DNA of 64,000 nucleotides from Escherichia coli O157:H7 (GTDB lineage Bacteria; Pseudomonadota; Gammaproteobacteria; Enterobacterales; Enterobacteriaceae): NCBI RefSeq assembly GCF_013167455.1, contig NZ_CP038328.1; one strand, 5' to 3'. Shown piece by piece: positions 1 to 7,510 of this stretch (position 1 is its first letter; each line of letters starts with the position of its first letter). The notes under the pieces were generated by a model. It saw only the letters and a program-made list of their open reading frames with translations, ran no database searches and was not told where the DNA came from. The position numbers and the translations under genes were made by a program.

Positions 1-335
1 TGATTGCTTTCTTTCACGGCCACTCTGCCTGTATGTGCCCGTTTCGATGGCGGTACAGCAGGTTTTCGCTCAAGCAACAGCGCATTCTGGCGCATGATCC
101 GGTAAACACGTTTGGCATTGATCGCAGGCATACCATCAAGTTCTGCCTGTCTGCGAAGCAGCGCCCATACCCGACGATAACCATACGTGGGCAGCTCTCC
201 GATAACATGGTGTATACGGAGAAGCACATCCGTATCATCAGTGTGACGACTGCGGCGGCCATCCATCCAGTCATCGGTTCGTCTGAGAATGACGTGCAAC
301 TGCGCACGCGACACCCGGAGACAACGGCTGACTAA
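1..335 (-). CDS. insD: IS2 transposase OrfB (InsD), N-terminal part only; continues past the window edge
   Basis: Minus-strand translation from 335 reads [60 protein letters not shown]..., recognisable as InsD. It is in a different frame from insC, as expected for IS3-family frameshifting. Confidence 0.8.
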
Positions 336-337
336 GC

Positions 338-703
338 TTACTCCCCATCCCCGGGCAATAAGGGCGCGTGCGCTATCCACTTTTTTGCCCGTCCATATTC
401 AACGGCTTCTTTGAGGAGTTCATTTTCCATCGTTTTCTTGCCGAGCAGGCGCTGGAGTTCTTTAATCTGCTTCATGGCGGCAGCAAGTTCAGAGGCAGGA
501 ACAACCTGTTCTCCGGCGGCCACAGCAGTAAGACTTCCTTCCTGGTATTGCTTACGCCAGAGAAATAACTGGCTGGCTGCCACACCATGTTGCCGGGCAA
601 CGAGGGAGACCGTCATCCCCGGTTCAAAGCTCTGCTGAACAATTGCGATCTTTTCCTGTGTGGTACGCCGTCTGCGTTTCTCCGGCCCTAAGACATCAAT
701 CAT
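338..703 (-). CDS. insC: IS2 OrfA (InsC) helix-turn-helix protein, 121 aa
   Basis: [56 protein letters not shown]... matches InsC. ATG at 701-703. Confidence 0.9.
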
Positions 704-823
704 CTGTTCTCCAATGACTAGTCTAAAAACTAGTATTAAGACTATCACTTATTTAAGTGATACTGGTTGTCTGGAGATTCAGGGGGCCAGTCTAATGATT
801 GATTGGCAAGTCTGACTTCTCCG

Positions 824-854
824 CCGCAGTTTCCTCATGACTGCGGTTTTTTTT
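824..854 (+). terminator. Rho-independent terminator-like hairpin just outside the IS2 end
   Basis: ccgcagt (824-830) pairs with actgcgg (840-846) and is followed by T8 (847-854). Any plus-strand gene it served has been cut by IS2. Confidence 0.45.
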
Positions 855-861
855 ATGCGCG

Positions 862-1254
862 TTATGCCGTCACTGAATCGCGCTCAACATACCGATCCAT
901 CTCCAGCTTCACATCCAGCATCATCAGCATGCCTTCAACAACACCTTCCGCTTTCTGTAGCCGCTTTCCGATATGTCCATCAGAGCATCCATGCTTACGT
1001 GCCAGCGCCATAAACGTTTTCCCCAACACGTAATAATCAACCAGCAAGTCATGCAGATCGCTGTTGTTCCTGTTAAGGCGAGCCATACACCCGCATATAA
1101 TCATCGCGTCATCGTCACAACACTGTGGACGTGATTTTACTTTTTCGGGGATCAGTCCCTTAAATTCGGCAGCAATGGGCGACCATGTAACATCCTCATA
1201 GTTATTTGCCGCCCACGCCCCCCATCGTTCCAGAACCTGCTGAATATCACGCAT
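862..1254 (-). CDS. lambdoid antitermination protein Q family (QuuD-like), orphan
   Basis: [18 protein letters not shown]...[20 protein letters not shown]...DLLVDYYV...GKRLQKAEG resembles E. coli prophage Q proteins. The ORF track extends to 1284; the ATG at 1252-1254 gives the usual N-terminus. Confidence 0.75.
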   Translation of the reverse strand: MRDIQQVLERWGAWAANNYEDVTWSPIAAEFKGLIPEKVKSRPQCCDDDAMIICGCMARLNRNNSDLHDLLVDYYVLGKTFMALARKHGCSDGHIGKRLQKAEGVVEGMLMMLDVKLEMDRYVERDSVTA

Positions 1255-1286
1255 CAACATCACCTTGCGAATAATTATTGGCAACG

Positions 1287-1312
1287 GTAACTCCGTACAG
1301 TAACTCCGTACA
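1287..1312. repeat. perfect tandem direct repeat gtaactccgtaca x2, upstream of the Q gene
   Basis: Read directly: 1287-1299 and 1300-1312 are identical. A ccccg/cgggg hairpin follows at 1313-1328. Confidence 0.9.
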
Positions 1313-1565
1313 TCCCCGTAATTCGGGGTATATACCGGACGGAGGTTAAAATACGAAAATTTCGTAGGTTGTGAGTATATTTCAGATAGTCGGTTGCTCA
1401 GCTAATTTTTCTAGAGTAGGTAGTACTACGTCGCGTAGTTACTGTTTTTTGATAGTACGCTTTTTCAGCATGCATCCCCCTTGTATACATTTAAAACAAG
1501 GGGGCTTTACTTTCTGATAATAGAATTCTTCCCACAGTTTCCTGTCAGGATTCAATTATTTGTTT

Positions 1566-2804
1566 TTAACAGCGTGAACAAATAAAAAATCTCCGAAGAT
1601 TTATCCCAATTACACTGCCAGCCAGAGCCATAAACATCCACAACCATCCATGTAAACTTCCTGATGCAGTTCCATCGAAGAATCCTCCCAAATTACAGGA
1701 AGCATACGCTCCTCCTGTTCCCATAAGCAATCCACCAGTTATTCCTGCCATTATGCTTCCACGAGTCAGAGGCTCTTTGATCCTTTTTCCCGTTAGTACA
1801 GTAGCCATTGCAGCCCCCAGCAATCCACCTACGAACATCCCAACCATAGGATTCTGAAATAATGGTTTAGTAATAACAGAATTATCAGATAAAACCCCAA
1901 GAAATGATGCAGTATGCAAGGATGTATCGTAGATGGCTCCGGTAATTGTCCATGCTGAACCGTGCATTGCCAGAACCAGTGAGTTCAGTACAGCTATAAT
2001 TAACCCGCCAGAAAGAACAGTAAATCTGTTATCTTTCCAGAAAGAACCACCACTGGTGATAATTTTAGATATTTTCCCGGTGCGTTTTTTCTCAATGTAT
2101 GAAAAAACAAGGTATAGTATCAATATAAATACAAGACTTAATAACATGCCTGACCACAAGCCGCCAGTAATATCTTTGGTGGTAATAATTTCTCCGGGAA
2201 AAATTGGTTTTAGCACTGGCTTATAGTGATTGCCAATTAATGTCCCTATACCATAGCAGCACAAAACAAACCAAAATGCCGGACGGCCCTCACCACAACA
2301 ATAGAGTGTTCCTGACGCACATGCTCCGGCAATTTGCATTCCAATACCAAAAACAAACGCACCCACCAGAAAAGGGATACTTATTGCTGTAATATTCCCA
2401 ACCATCTTCCCGCCAAAAAAAGCATGGCTGAATGACAGGCAGAGTGTAAACAAAACCACCTCAAGAGCGATGGTAATTAAGTGAATCCTTACATAGTATG
2501 AGTTGCTCATGGTCAGCATGTCTCTCCAACCTGCAACTATCCCAAATCGACTAAAAGACAATGTAAAACCCAAGAAAAAACCAATAATTGCAAGTACGCC
2601 CCACTTCATACCAAAACTATTAGCAAGCCAGTAACTAAATGACAGCATGACAATAAAAATAAATAATATAGTTATGTTTTTCTGAAGCCTTATTTTATAC
2701 ATTTTTAATATACCTATATGTTTCCACGTGATGCGCTGATGTACTTGCTGAAAAGGAATCGTTCCAGAAATGTATCTACGCAATATCCTGAACACGTTAC
2801 CCAA
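1566..2804 (-). CDS. YeeE/YedE-family inner-membrane protein (sulfur-compound/thiosulfate transporter-like)
   Basis: Polytopic hydrophobic protein with the family-typical cysteine motifs (IAGACASGTLYCCGEG, GGAYASCNLGG). Low-GC gene. An alternative start at 2702 (MYKIRLQ...) is plausible. Confidence 0.7.
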   Translation of the reverse strand: MGNVFRILRRYISGTIPFQQVHQRITWKHIGILKMYKIRLQKNITILFIFIVMLSFSYWLANSFGMKWGVLAIIGFFLGFTLSFSRFGIVAGWRDMLTMSNSYYVRIHLITIALEVVLFTLCLSFSHAFFGGKMVGNITAISIPFLVGAFVFGIGMQIAGACASGTLYCCGEGRPAFWFVLCCYGIGTLIGNHYKPVLKPIFPGEIITTKDITGGLWSGMLLSLVFILILYLVFSYIEKKRTGKISKIITSGGSFWKDNRFTVLSGGLIIAVLNSLVLAMHGSAWTITGAIYDTSLHTASFLGVLSDNSVITKPLFQNPMVGMFVGGLLGAAMATVLTGKRIKEPLTRGSIMAGITGGLLMGTGGAYASCNLGGFFDGTASGSLHGWLWMFMALAGSVIGINLRRFFICSRC

Positions 2805-2930
2805 AATGCCTGTTCCAGAATGATACTCACCTATAAATAACCGTCAATATGACGCTCAAGTACTTTCTGTGAGATAATGCAGCGAATTGATACGTAAGCG
2901 TACAGCGAGGGCCGTATTGACGGGGATGTG

Positions 2931-4390
2931 TTATTCAGCTGGCAGTGCTATGCGCCACGGAAGCAGTTCGCTGACCCGGTTGACCGGCCAGTCTGCTATG
3001 ACGCCAAGCACATGGCGAAGGTAGCTTTCTGGATCCACGTCATTCAGTTTGCACGTCCCGATCAGGCTGTACAGTAGCGCTCCCCGCTCACCACCATGGT
3101 CAGAGCCGAAGAACAGGAAGTTTTTACGACCCAGACTGACCGCCCGCAGGGCATTTTCAGCGATGTTGTTGTCGATTTCCACCCAGCCATCGTTCGCATA
3201 GTACGTCAGTGCCGGCCACTGGTTAAGTGCGTACGCGAACGCCTTCGCCAACTCTGAGTGTCGCGACAGGGTCTTCATCTTTTCACGCAACCAGCTTTCC
3301 AGGGATTTCAACAACGGTTTCGTTTTTCGCTGACGTTCAGCAAGCCGCTGCTCTGCCGGCATTCCCCTTATATCCGCCTCTATGGCGTACAACTGACCGA
3401 TCTGCTCCAGGGCTTCTTCCGTCAGTGCTGACGGGATGCGGACGTGCACATCGTGGATCTTTCGGCGGGCATGAGCCCAGCAGGCAGCTTCCGTTATCCC
3501 ACCATTGCGATACAGCTCGTTGAACCCGGCGTACGCATCCGCTTGCAGCACACCGCTGACCCTGCATTGCGGTCATCACGAACATACGCCCACAACCGCC
3601 CGGTCTTCGTCTTCTTATTACCCGGCAGCAGTACCTGGACCGGGGTATCATCGGCATGGAGTTTGCCGTCAGTCATGACATAGCCATGAAGCGCCTCTTC
3701 CAGCGGAGACAGCAGCCGGCAGCATGCATCCACCCAGCCCGACAGCAGTGAACGGCTCAGCTCCACACCTTGCCGGCCGTATATTTCTGACTGGCGATAC
3801 AGCGGGGTGTGCTCTGCATACTTCGAGGTCAGCACGCGGGCCAGCAGCCCCGGTCCGGCGATACCCCGCTCGATGGGCCGCGAAGGTGCAGGTGCCTGCA
3901 CGATGGCATCGCACTGAGTACAGGCATGTTTTTCCCGTACCGTCCGGATAACCCGGAAGGCGCTACGCATCAACTCCAGCTGTTCGGCGGTATCCTCGCC
4001 CAGATAGCTCAGTGAACCGCCGCAGTTCGGGCAGCACGGCGCCGCAGGCAACAGTCGCTTTTCGTCACGGGGTAGTGATTCAGGGAACGGCTTACGGGTG
4101 CGGGTCTGACGCAACGGACGCTGTACTGCCGGGTCATACACCCTACCAGTCAGCGTATCGCTCTCTTTCTGAAGCCGGTTCAGATCGGCTTCCATTTGTG
4201 CGATACGGCGGGAGACTTTTTCGGAACGACTGCCGAAGTTCATCCGGCGGAGTTTATCCAGCTGCGCCTGCAGATGGTCTATTTCGCGCTCCCGGTTGCT
4301 CAGCTTTTCCTGCAGGGCGTGGATCAGCGCTTCCTGTTCGGCCAGGCGCTGTTTCAGCAGGAAGATGTCGTCAGAAGAGATGTCGTTCAT
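2931..4390 (-). pseudogene. tnpC: IS66 transposase TnpC, disrupted by an internal deletion and frameshift near 3550
   Basis: The N-terminal ORF 3494-4390 (leucine-zipper and zinc-finger region, ...[16 protein letters not shown]) and the C-terminal ORF 2931-3551 ([30 protein letters not shown]...) are in different frames. The segment normally between them is missing. Confidence 0.8.
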
Positions 4391-4439
4391 AAGCCCGTAT
4401 TTTACCGGGCTTATTCTGTGACAACCAGGATAAAGAGAT

Positions 4440-4787
4440 TTACAGCATGGTCAGGGAGGTCAGCAGCCGCTTAGGCTGTCGCCAGTCGATACCTTCCAGC
4501 AGCATCGCCAGCTGCGCCTGCGTAAGGAACACTTTGCCATCACGGGCTGACGGCCAGGCGAAGCGCCCACGCTCCAGCCGTTTGGTCAGGAGGCACAGCC
4601 CGTCACCGGTGGACCACAGCAGTTTAACCTGACTGCCGCTGCGGCCCCGGAAAATGAAAACATGGCCGGACATGGGATCGTCTTTCAGCGCCGTCTGTAC
4701 TTTCGCAGCCAGGCCGTTGAAGCCATTTCTCATATCGGTGATACCGGCAACCAGCCAAATTTTGGTCCCGGAAGGTAACGGGATCAT
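4440..4787 (-). CDS. tnpB: IS66 accessory protein TnpB (orf2)
   Basis: MIPLPSGTKIWLVAGITDMRNGFNGLAAKVQ... is the typical IS66 Orf2. It overlaps tnpA by 4 nt. Confidence 0.9.
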   Translation of the reverse strand: MIPLPSGTKIWLVAGITDMRNGFNGLAAKVQTALKDDPMSGHVFIFRGRSGSQVKLLWSTGDGLCLLTKRLERGRFAWPSARDGKVFLTQAQLAMLLEGIDWRQPKRLLTSLTML

Positions 4788-5185
4788 CGCTTCAGTTCCT
4801 GTATCAGCAGAGTCAGGAGCTTTTCGCTGACATTGCCATTGAAGCGGAGCGTCCCGTGCCGGAACGTTACCTCACAGCTGATACTGAGGGTTTCCGGGTC
4901 CTCTGCGAGCGATTCTGGCTGTTCGGCAGCTGCATCGAGAGTCACAGGAAGTAGCTGGGGGCTCTCTGAAGAAGGTAATAGCAGCTTTCCCTCGCGCCAT
5001 TGTTGTCGCCATTTGAACAACAGATTGGCGTTAATGCCATTTTCAAGAGCAAGTTTTGAGATGGATATCCCGGGTTCACAGGAGGCAGCAACGAGCTGCT
5101 GTTTAAATTCGGGAGGATAATTAGGGCAGCCTTTTCGCCTGCCGGGAGTCACATTTTTCTGCATATCTGATACTTTGGTTCCCAC
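4784..5185 (-). CDS. tnpA: IS66 accessory protein TnpA (orf1)
   Basis: HTH-like region (PNYPPEFKQQLVAASCEPGISISKLALENGINANLLFKWRQQ), positioned first in the IS66 operon. Confidence 0.85.
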   Translation of the reverse strand: MGTKVSDMQKNVTPGRRKGCPNYPPEFKQQLVAASCEPGISISKLALENGINANLLFKWRQQWREGKLLLPSSESPQLLPVTLDAAAEQPESLAEDPETLSISCEVTFRHGTLRFNGNVSEKLLTLLIQELKR

Positions 5186-5374
5186 TACTTATTTGGTGGA
5201 CACCACTTTGTCTAATTCGTCAGATTCTGACCAGACGGTTCAGGCTGTACGCTTACATTGATACTGACAATTCAACGTCCGTCATCGCTCCCCCAATGTG
5301 TTGAGGTTAGGTAGAAATGATAACAAATACACCGCTCCTGCCCCTGTAACCTCCCCTTTTTTATACGCTCATTT

Positions 5375-5579
5375 TTGCGCACTTTTTCGATCATCACGTA
5401 TCGGTTTCGTTTTGCGCTTCCTGTTGCGTTTCGTTTTTGAGAAAAATGCGCAGTTTTTTGCGCACTTTTTGAGGTGTCTATCCCCCTGCAAGCCGCGTCA
5501 TATCTGGCTTTGCTCTGTTTGTCTGTGTGATCGATTTTGTGATCAGTTTTATGATCGATTTGCGCACTTTTTTGCGCAT
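5375..5579. repeat. array of T-tract-flanked TTGCGCA(C) palindromic motifs plus a GATC cluster
   Basis: Four TTGCGCA copies (TTGCGCAC at 5375, 5458, 5559; TTGCGCAT at 5572), ATGCGCAG at 5446, and degenerate TTGCGCT/TTGCGTT at 5412 and 5424. Four GATC sites lie within 5529-5557. Confidence 0.8.
5442..5470. terminator. bidirectional intrinsic-terminator-like hairpin
   Basis: TGCGCA (5447-5452) pairs with TGCGCA (5459-5464) across a 6-nt loop. A5 lies upstream and cTTTTT downstream. Confidence 0.5.
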
Positions 5580-5584
5580 TTTTT
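5561..5584 (+). terminator. intrinsic-terminator-like hairpin with the same stem as 5447-5464
   Basis: TGCGCA (5561-5566) pairs with TGCGCA (5573-5578) across a 6-nt loop and is followed by T6 (5579-5584). Confidence 0.5.
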
Positions 5585-5808
5585 CAGGGATTTTTCACCC
5601 CATCGAAGAGGCTTCTAAGGGGCTGTGAAGTGGGTAGCATTTTGCTGTGATGGAAGGACTACCGCTACTGTCTGATAATGGTGACGGAGGCCGCTATGTT
5701 CGGCTCTGATTGCAGCCTGCCGTATATTCACCAATTTACCTGGCTGTTATTTCCATAACCCGTAATGTCGCCGATCCCGTCTGATTCCCATATCGTCAAC
5801 AGTCTTAT

Positions 5809-5976
5809 TTACAGCATCCTGAAGTTCGCAAGGCATATTTCCCGCCGTCTGGCTATATGTTCTCGCTGCGGATCGGTGTGGGCCTCTTTCATTACGTCAA
5901 GCCAACGAGCGGCGGCTCTTCGCCATAGTCCCTGAGATTCCAGTTGTTCGGCTTTTTTATCAGTTATTGTGTCCAT
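5809..5976 (-). CDS. short PerC-family protein (55 aa)
   Basis: MDTITDKKAEQLESQGLWRRAAARWLDVM...REHIARRREICLANFRML carries the GLWRRAA-RW core shared with 5978-6280 and 7198-7491. Its ATG (5974-5976) lies 1 nt after the upstream stop. Confidence 0.5.
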   Translation of the reverse strand: MDTITDKKAEQLESQGLWRRAAARWLDVMKEAHTDPQREHIARRREICLANFRML

Positions 5977-5977
5977 A

Positions 5978-6280
5978 TTAACTTCCGTCTCTTCGCCCTG
6001 TTTCACCCCTGTACTTCGTGCCCCGTAAAGGATCTTCTTTTTTCTGGTCAATCCCCATATCTTTAAGCGTTCTGGTCGCTGCTGCCCTGACGGCGCATAC
6101 ATGCCCCCACTCTGTTGTTTTTGGTCTGGTGGCTTTTGCCGTGCATTGCGCCCTTCGTTGGGTAATATAGTGCCTCTCTTCATCAGTTTTTGCCTGTCTG
6201 AACAATTCTCCCCAGCGTTCAGCAGCACGCCGCCAGAGGCCGCTATTCTCCAGCGCTTCAGCCTTGTCATCACGTATCAT
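5978..6280 (-). CDS. PerC-family transcriptional activator-like protein (100 aa)
   Basis: KAEALENSGLWRRAAERWGELFRQAKTDEERHYITQRRAQC resembles the PerC/Pch family signature as I recall it. Confidence 0.65.
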   Translation of the reverse strand: MIRDDKAEALENSGLWRRAAERWGELFRQAKTDEERHYITQRRAQCTAKATRPKTTEWGHVCAVRAAATRTLKDMGIDQKKEDPLRGTKYRGETGRRDGS

Positions 6281-6364
6281 CTGTACCCCGCCGATTCTGT
6301 CCTTTCAAAATTTGTCTTATGGCTTATTGTATGAGGGATTCATCCTACAACAAGAAAGGTCACT

Positions 6365-6751
6365 ATGAGACTGACGCAATACAAAAAAGAGATCCTCAGT
6401 TACTTCACTCCCGACAATCTGGCGTGGGTTACTGCCGAAATTGGCAGTCCGCCGTTTGATGTCTCCGGTGTGGCTTACCTGCTGCATGGTATGGATTCAT
6501 TCAACAGCCGGTATCAGATCGAATCAACAAGGCGCACGCTGGAAGCTATGGTGCGTGATGGTCTTCTTGAGCGGATTAATGTGTATGAGCGTCGTGAGGG
6601 CGCTGGTGATGGTGTTCGTCGAAAGGTGGCGCGTTATGGCCTGCCTGGTCATTCTGTTGTGGTGCGTGACGGTGAGGGCCGGAACGGTGCAATTGACGGC
6701 GAATGTATACGCATCAATGCTACAGATGTGGTGCTGGTGGAGGGGCAATAA
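6365..6751 (+). CDS. hypothetical protein (128 aa), possible winged-helix fold
   Basis: RBS aaagg lies upstream of the ATG. The segment IESTRRTLEAMVRDGLLERINVYERREG... looks like a recognition helix plus wing. No family recognised. It is the only clear plus-strand gene in the island core. Confidence 0.55.
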   Translation: MRLTQYKKEILSYFTPDNLAWVTAEIGSPPFDVSGVAYLLHGMDSFNSRYQIESTRRTLEAMVRDGLLERINVYERREGAGDGVRRKVARYGLPGHSVVVRDGEGRNGAIDGECIRINATDVVLVEGQ

Positions 6752-6810
6752 AAAACCCTGAAAGATTTCTCCGGGTGCTCCAGTTGCACGTGGCAGAAAT
6801 CCTTCAGGGT
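6745..6810 (-). terminator. intrinsic terminator formed by the last hairpin module
   Basis: 16-bp stem (15 of 16 paired), 6755-6770/6795-6810. On the minus strand it is followed by TTTTTATT (complement of 6747-6754). Confidence 0.6.
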
Positions 6811-7143
6811 CAGCCGTAACGGGCCTCTGTACAGAGGGCTCCAGTTGCCCAGAGATGAGCACCCGCTACAGCCTGTTGTGATAAGCCGCTTTACAGTGAG
6901 CTCCAGTTGCTCAAAGAGGCGCGTTTTTATCACAACCTGACCGCGATAACCCGCTGTACAGAGGGCTTCAATTGCCCAAAGAGGCGCATTCTTATCGCGG
7001 CATGACGAAATCACCGTGATGTTTTCGTCGTTCACTCATCCCGATGTGTGGGAGATGCACCGGAATGAGTGCCGAAAAGCCGCTGGCTGGCTTCATGCAG
7101 TCGGACTCAGTTGCCCGGGGCGAACACCATCAACGGCCTTTTG
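6747..7143 (-). ncRNA. candidate ~0.4-kb structured non-coding RNA (or structured 3' UTR of the island operon) carrying the hairpin array
   Basis: On the minus strand the order is TATAAT promoter, then hairpin modules, then an intrinsic terminator with a U-run. The ORFs predicted through it give only repeat-derived peptides. Confidence 0.4.
6755..7000. repeat. four abutting ~60-nt nested stem-loop modules with a conserved core and variable self-complementary flanks
   Basis: Outer stems: 6755-6770/6795-6810, 6813-6823/6862-6872, 6875-6884/6927-6936, 6941-6949/6992-7000. Inner stems: gtgc/gcac, gggc/gccc, tgagc/gctca, gggc/gccc. Each closes a 7-nt loop, tccagtt (x3) or ttcaatt. Confidence 0.85.
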
Positions 7144-7149
7144 GTGGTG

Positions 7150-7177
7150 ATTATAGCGAATCGCGATAATTGAGCAA
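7150..7177 (-). promoter_or_regulatory. putative sigma-70 promoter immediately downstream of the perC-like stop
   Basis: The minus strand reads TTGCTC (7172-7177), a 16-nt spacer, then TATAAT (7150-7155). The -10 is perfect and the -35 is moderate. Confidence 0.45.
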
Positions 7178-7197
7178 ATACGGTGATGAGATGCGTA

Positions 7198-7491
7198 TCA
7201 CGGTAGCGCTAAATCGTCGCCTGCATCACTGAAGCTGTAATTTCTCCATTCATCCTGCGGATTAATCCCCATCTCTTTCAGCGTTCTGTCTGCGGCCTTT
7301 TTCACATCGCCAAAGGTGACGAACTGCTCAGGCATACGACGGGTTTTACTGATGCATATCGCCCGACGTCTGGCAGCTTCCTCGCGTTCACTGTCCGTTT
7401 CTGCGTGAAGAAGAACCTCAGCCCATCGGGTCGCCGCACGTCGCCATAAACCGCGCTCCTCAAGTTTCTGTGCCACGCTGTCCGTCATCAC
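7198..7491 (-). CDS. PerC-family transcriptional activator-like protein (97 aa)
   Basis: VAQKLEERGLWRRAATRWAEVLLHAETDSEREEAARRRAIC... has the same core as the other two paralogs. It is the last gene of the minus-strand operon. Confidence 0.7.
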   Translation of the reverse strand: MMTDSVAQKLEERGLWRRAATRWAEVLLHAETDSEREEAARRRAICISKTRRMPEQFVTFGDVKKAADRTLKEMGINPQDEWRNYSFSDAGDDLALP

Positions 7492-7510
7492 TGGCTTTAC
7501 CTCCGGCTGA

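Larger units (their letters stand above)
1..794 (-). mobile_element. IS2: IS2 (IS3 family), partial copy cut by the window start; terminal inverted repeat ends at 794
   Basis: Reverse complement of 765-794 reads TAGACTGGCCCCCTGAATCTCCAGACAACC, the IS2 end as I recall it. insC and the start of insD follow on the minus strand. Confidence 0.9.
2894..5256 (-). mobile_element. IS66-family insertion sequence (ISEc8-like) with 8-bp target-site duplication
   Basis: Ends are gtaagcgtacagc (2894-) and gctgtacgcttac (-5256), which are inverted repeats. Identical attgatac lies at 2886-2893 and 5257-5264. The element contains tnpA, tnpB and tnpC in the IS66 order. Confidence 0.88.

Noticed and set aside
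5298-5618. Plus-strand 106-aa ORF
   Set aside because: The sequence is dominated by translated TTTGCGCACTTTTT repeats (FAHFF motifs). It has no RBS and contains two terminator hairpins internally.
6755-7000. CRISPR array interpretation of the ~62-bp periodic repeats
   Set aside because: The repeats are degenerate rather than near-identical. The so-called spacers are the paired arms of hairpins. No cas genes or leader are present. The structure is better explained as nested stem-loops.
6524-7035. Minus-strand ORFs 6524-6862 (112 aa) and 6649-7035 (128 aa) as genes
   Set aside because: They run through the hairpin array and give repeat-derived peptides. They cross the intrinsic terminator and are antisense to the better-supported 6365-6751 ORF.
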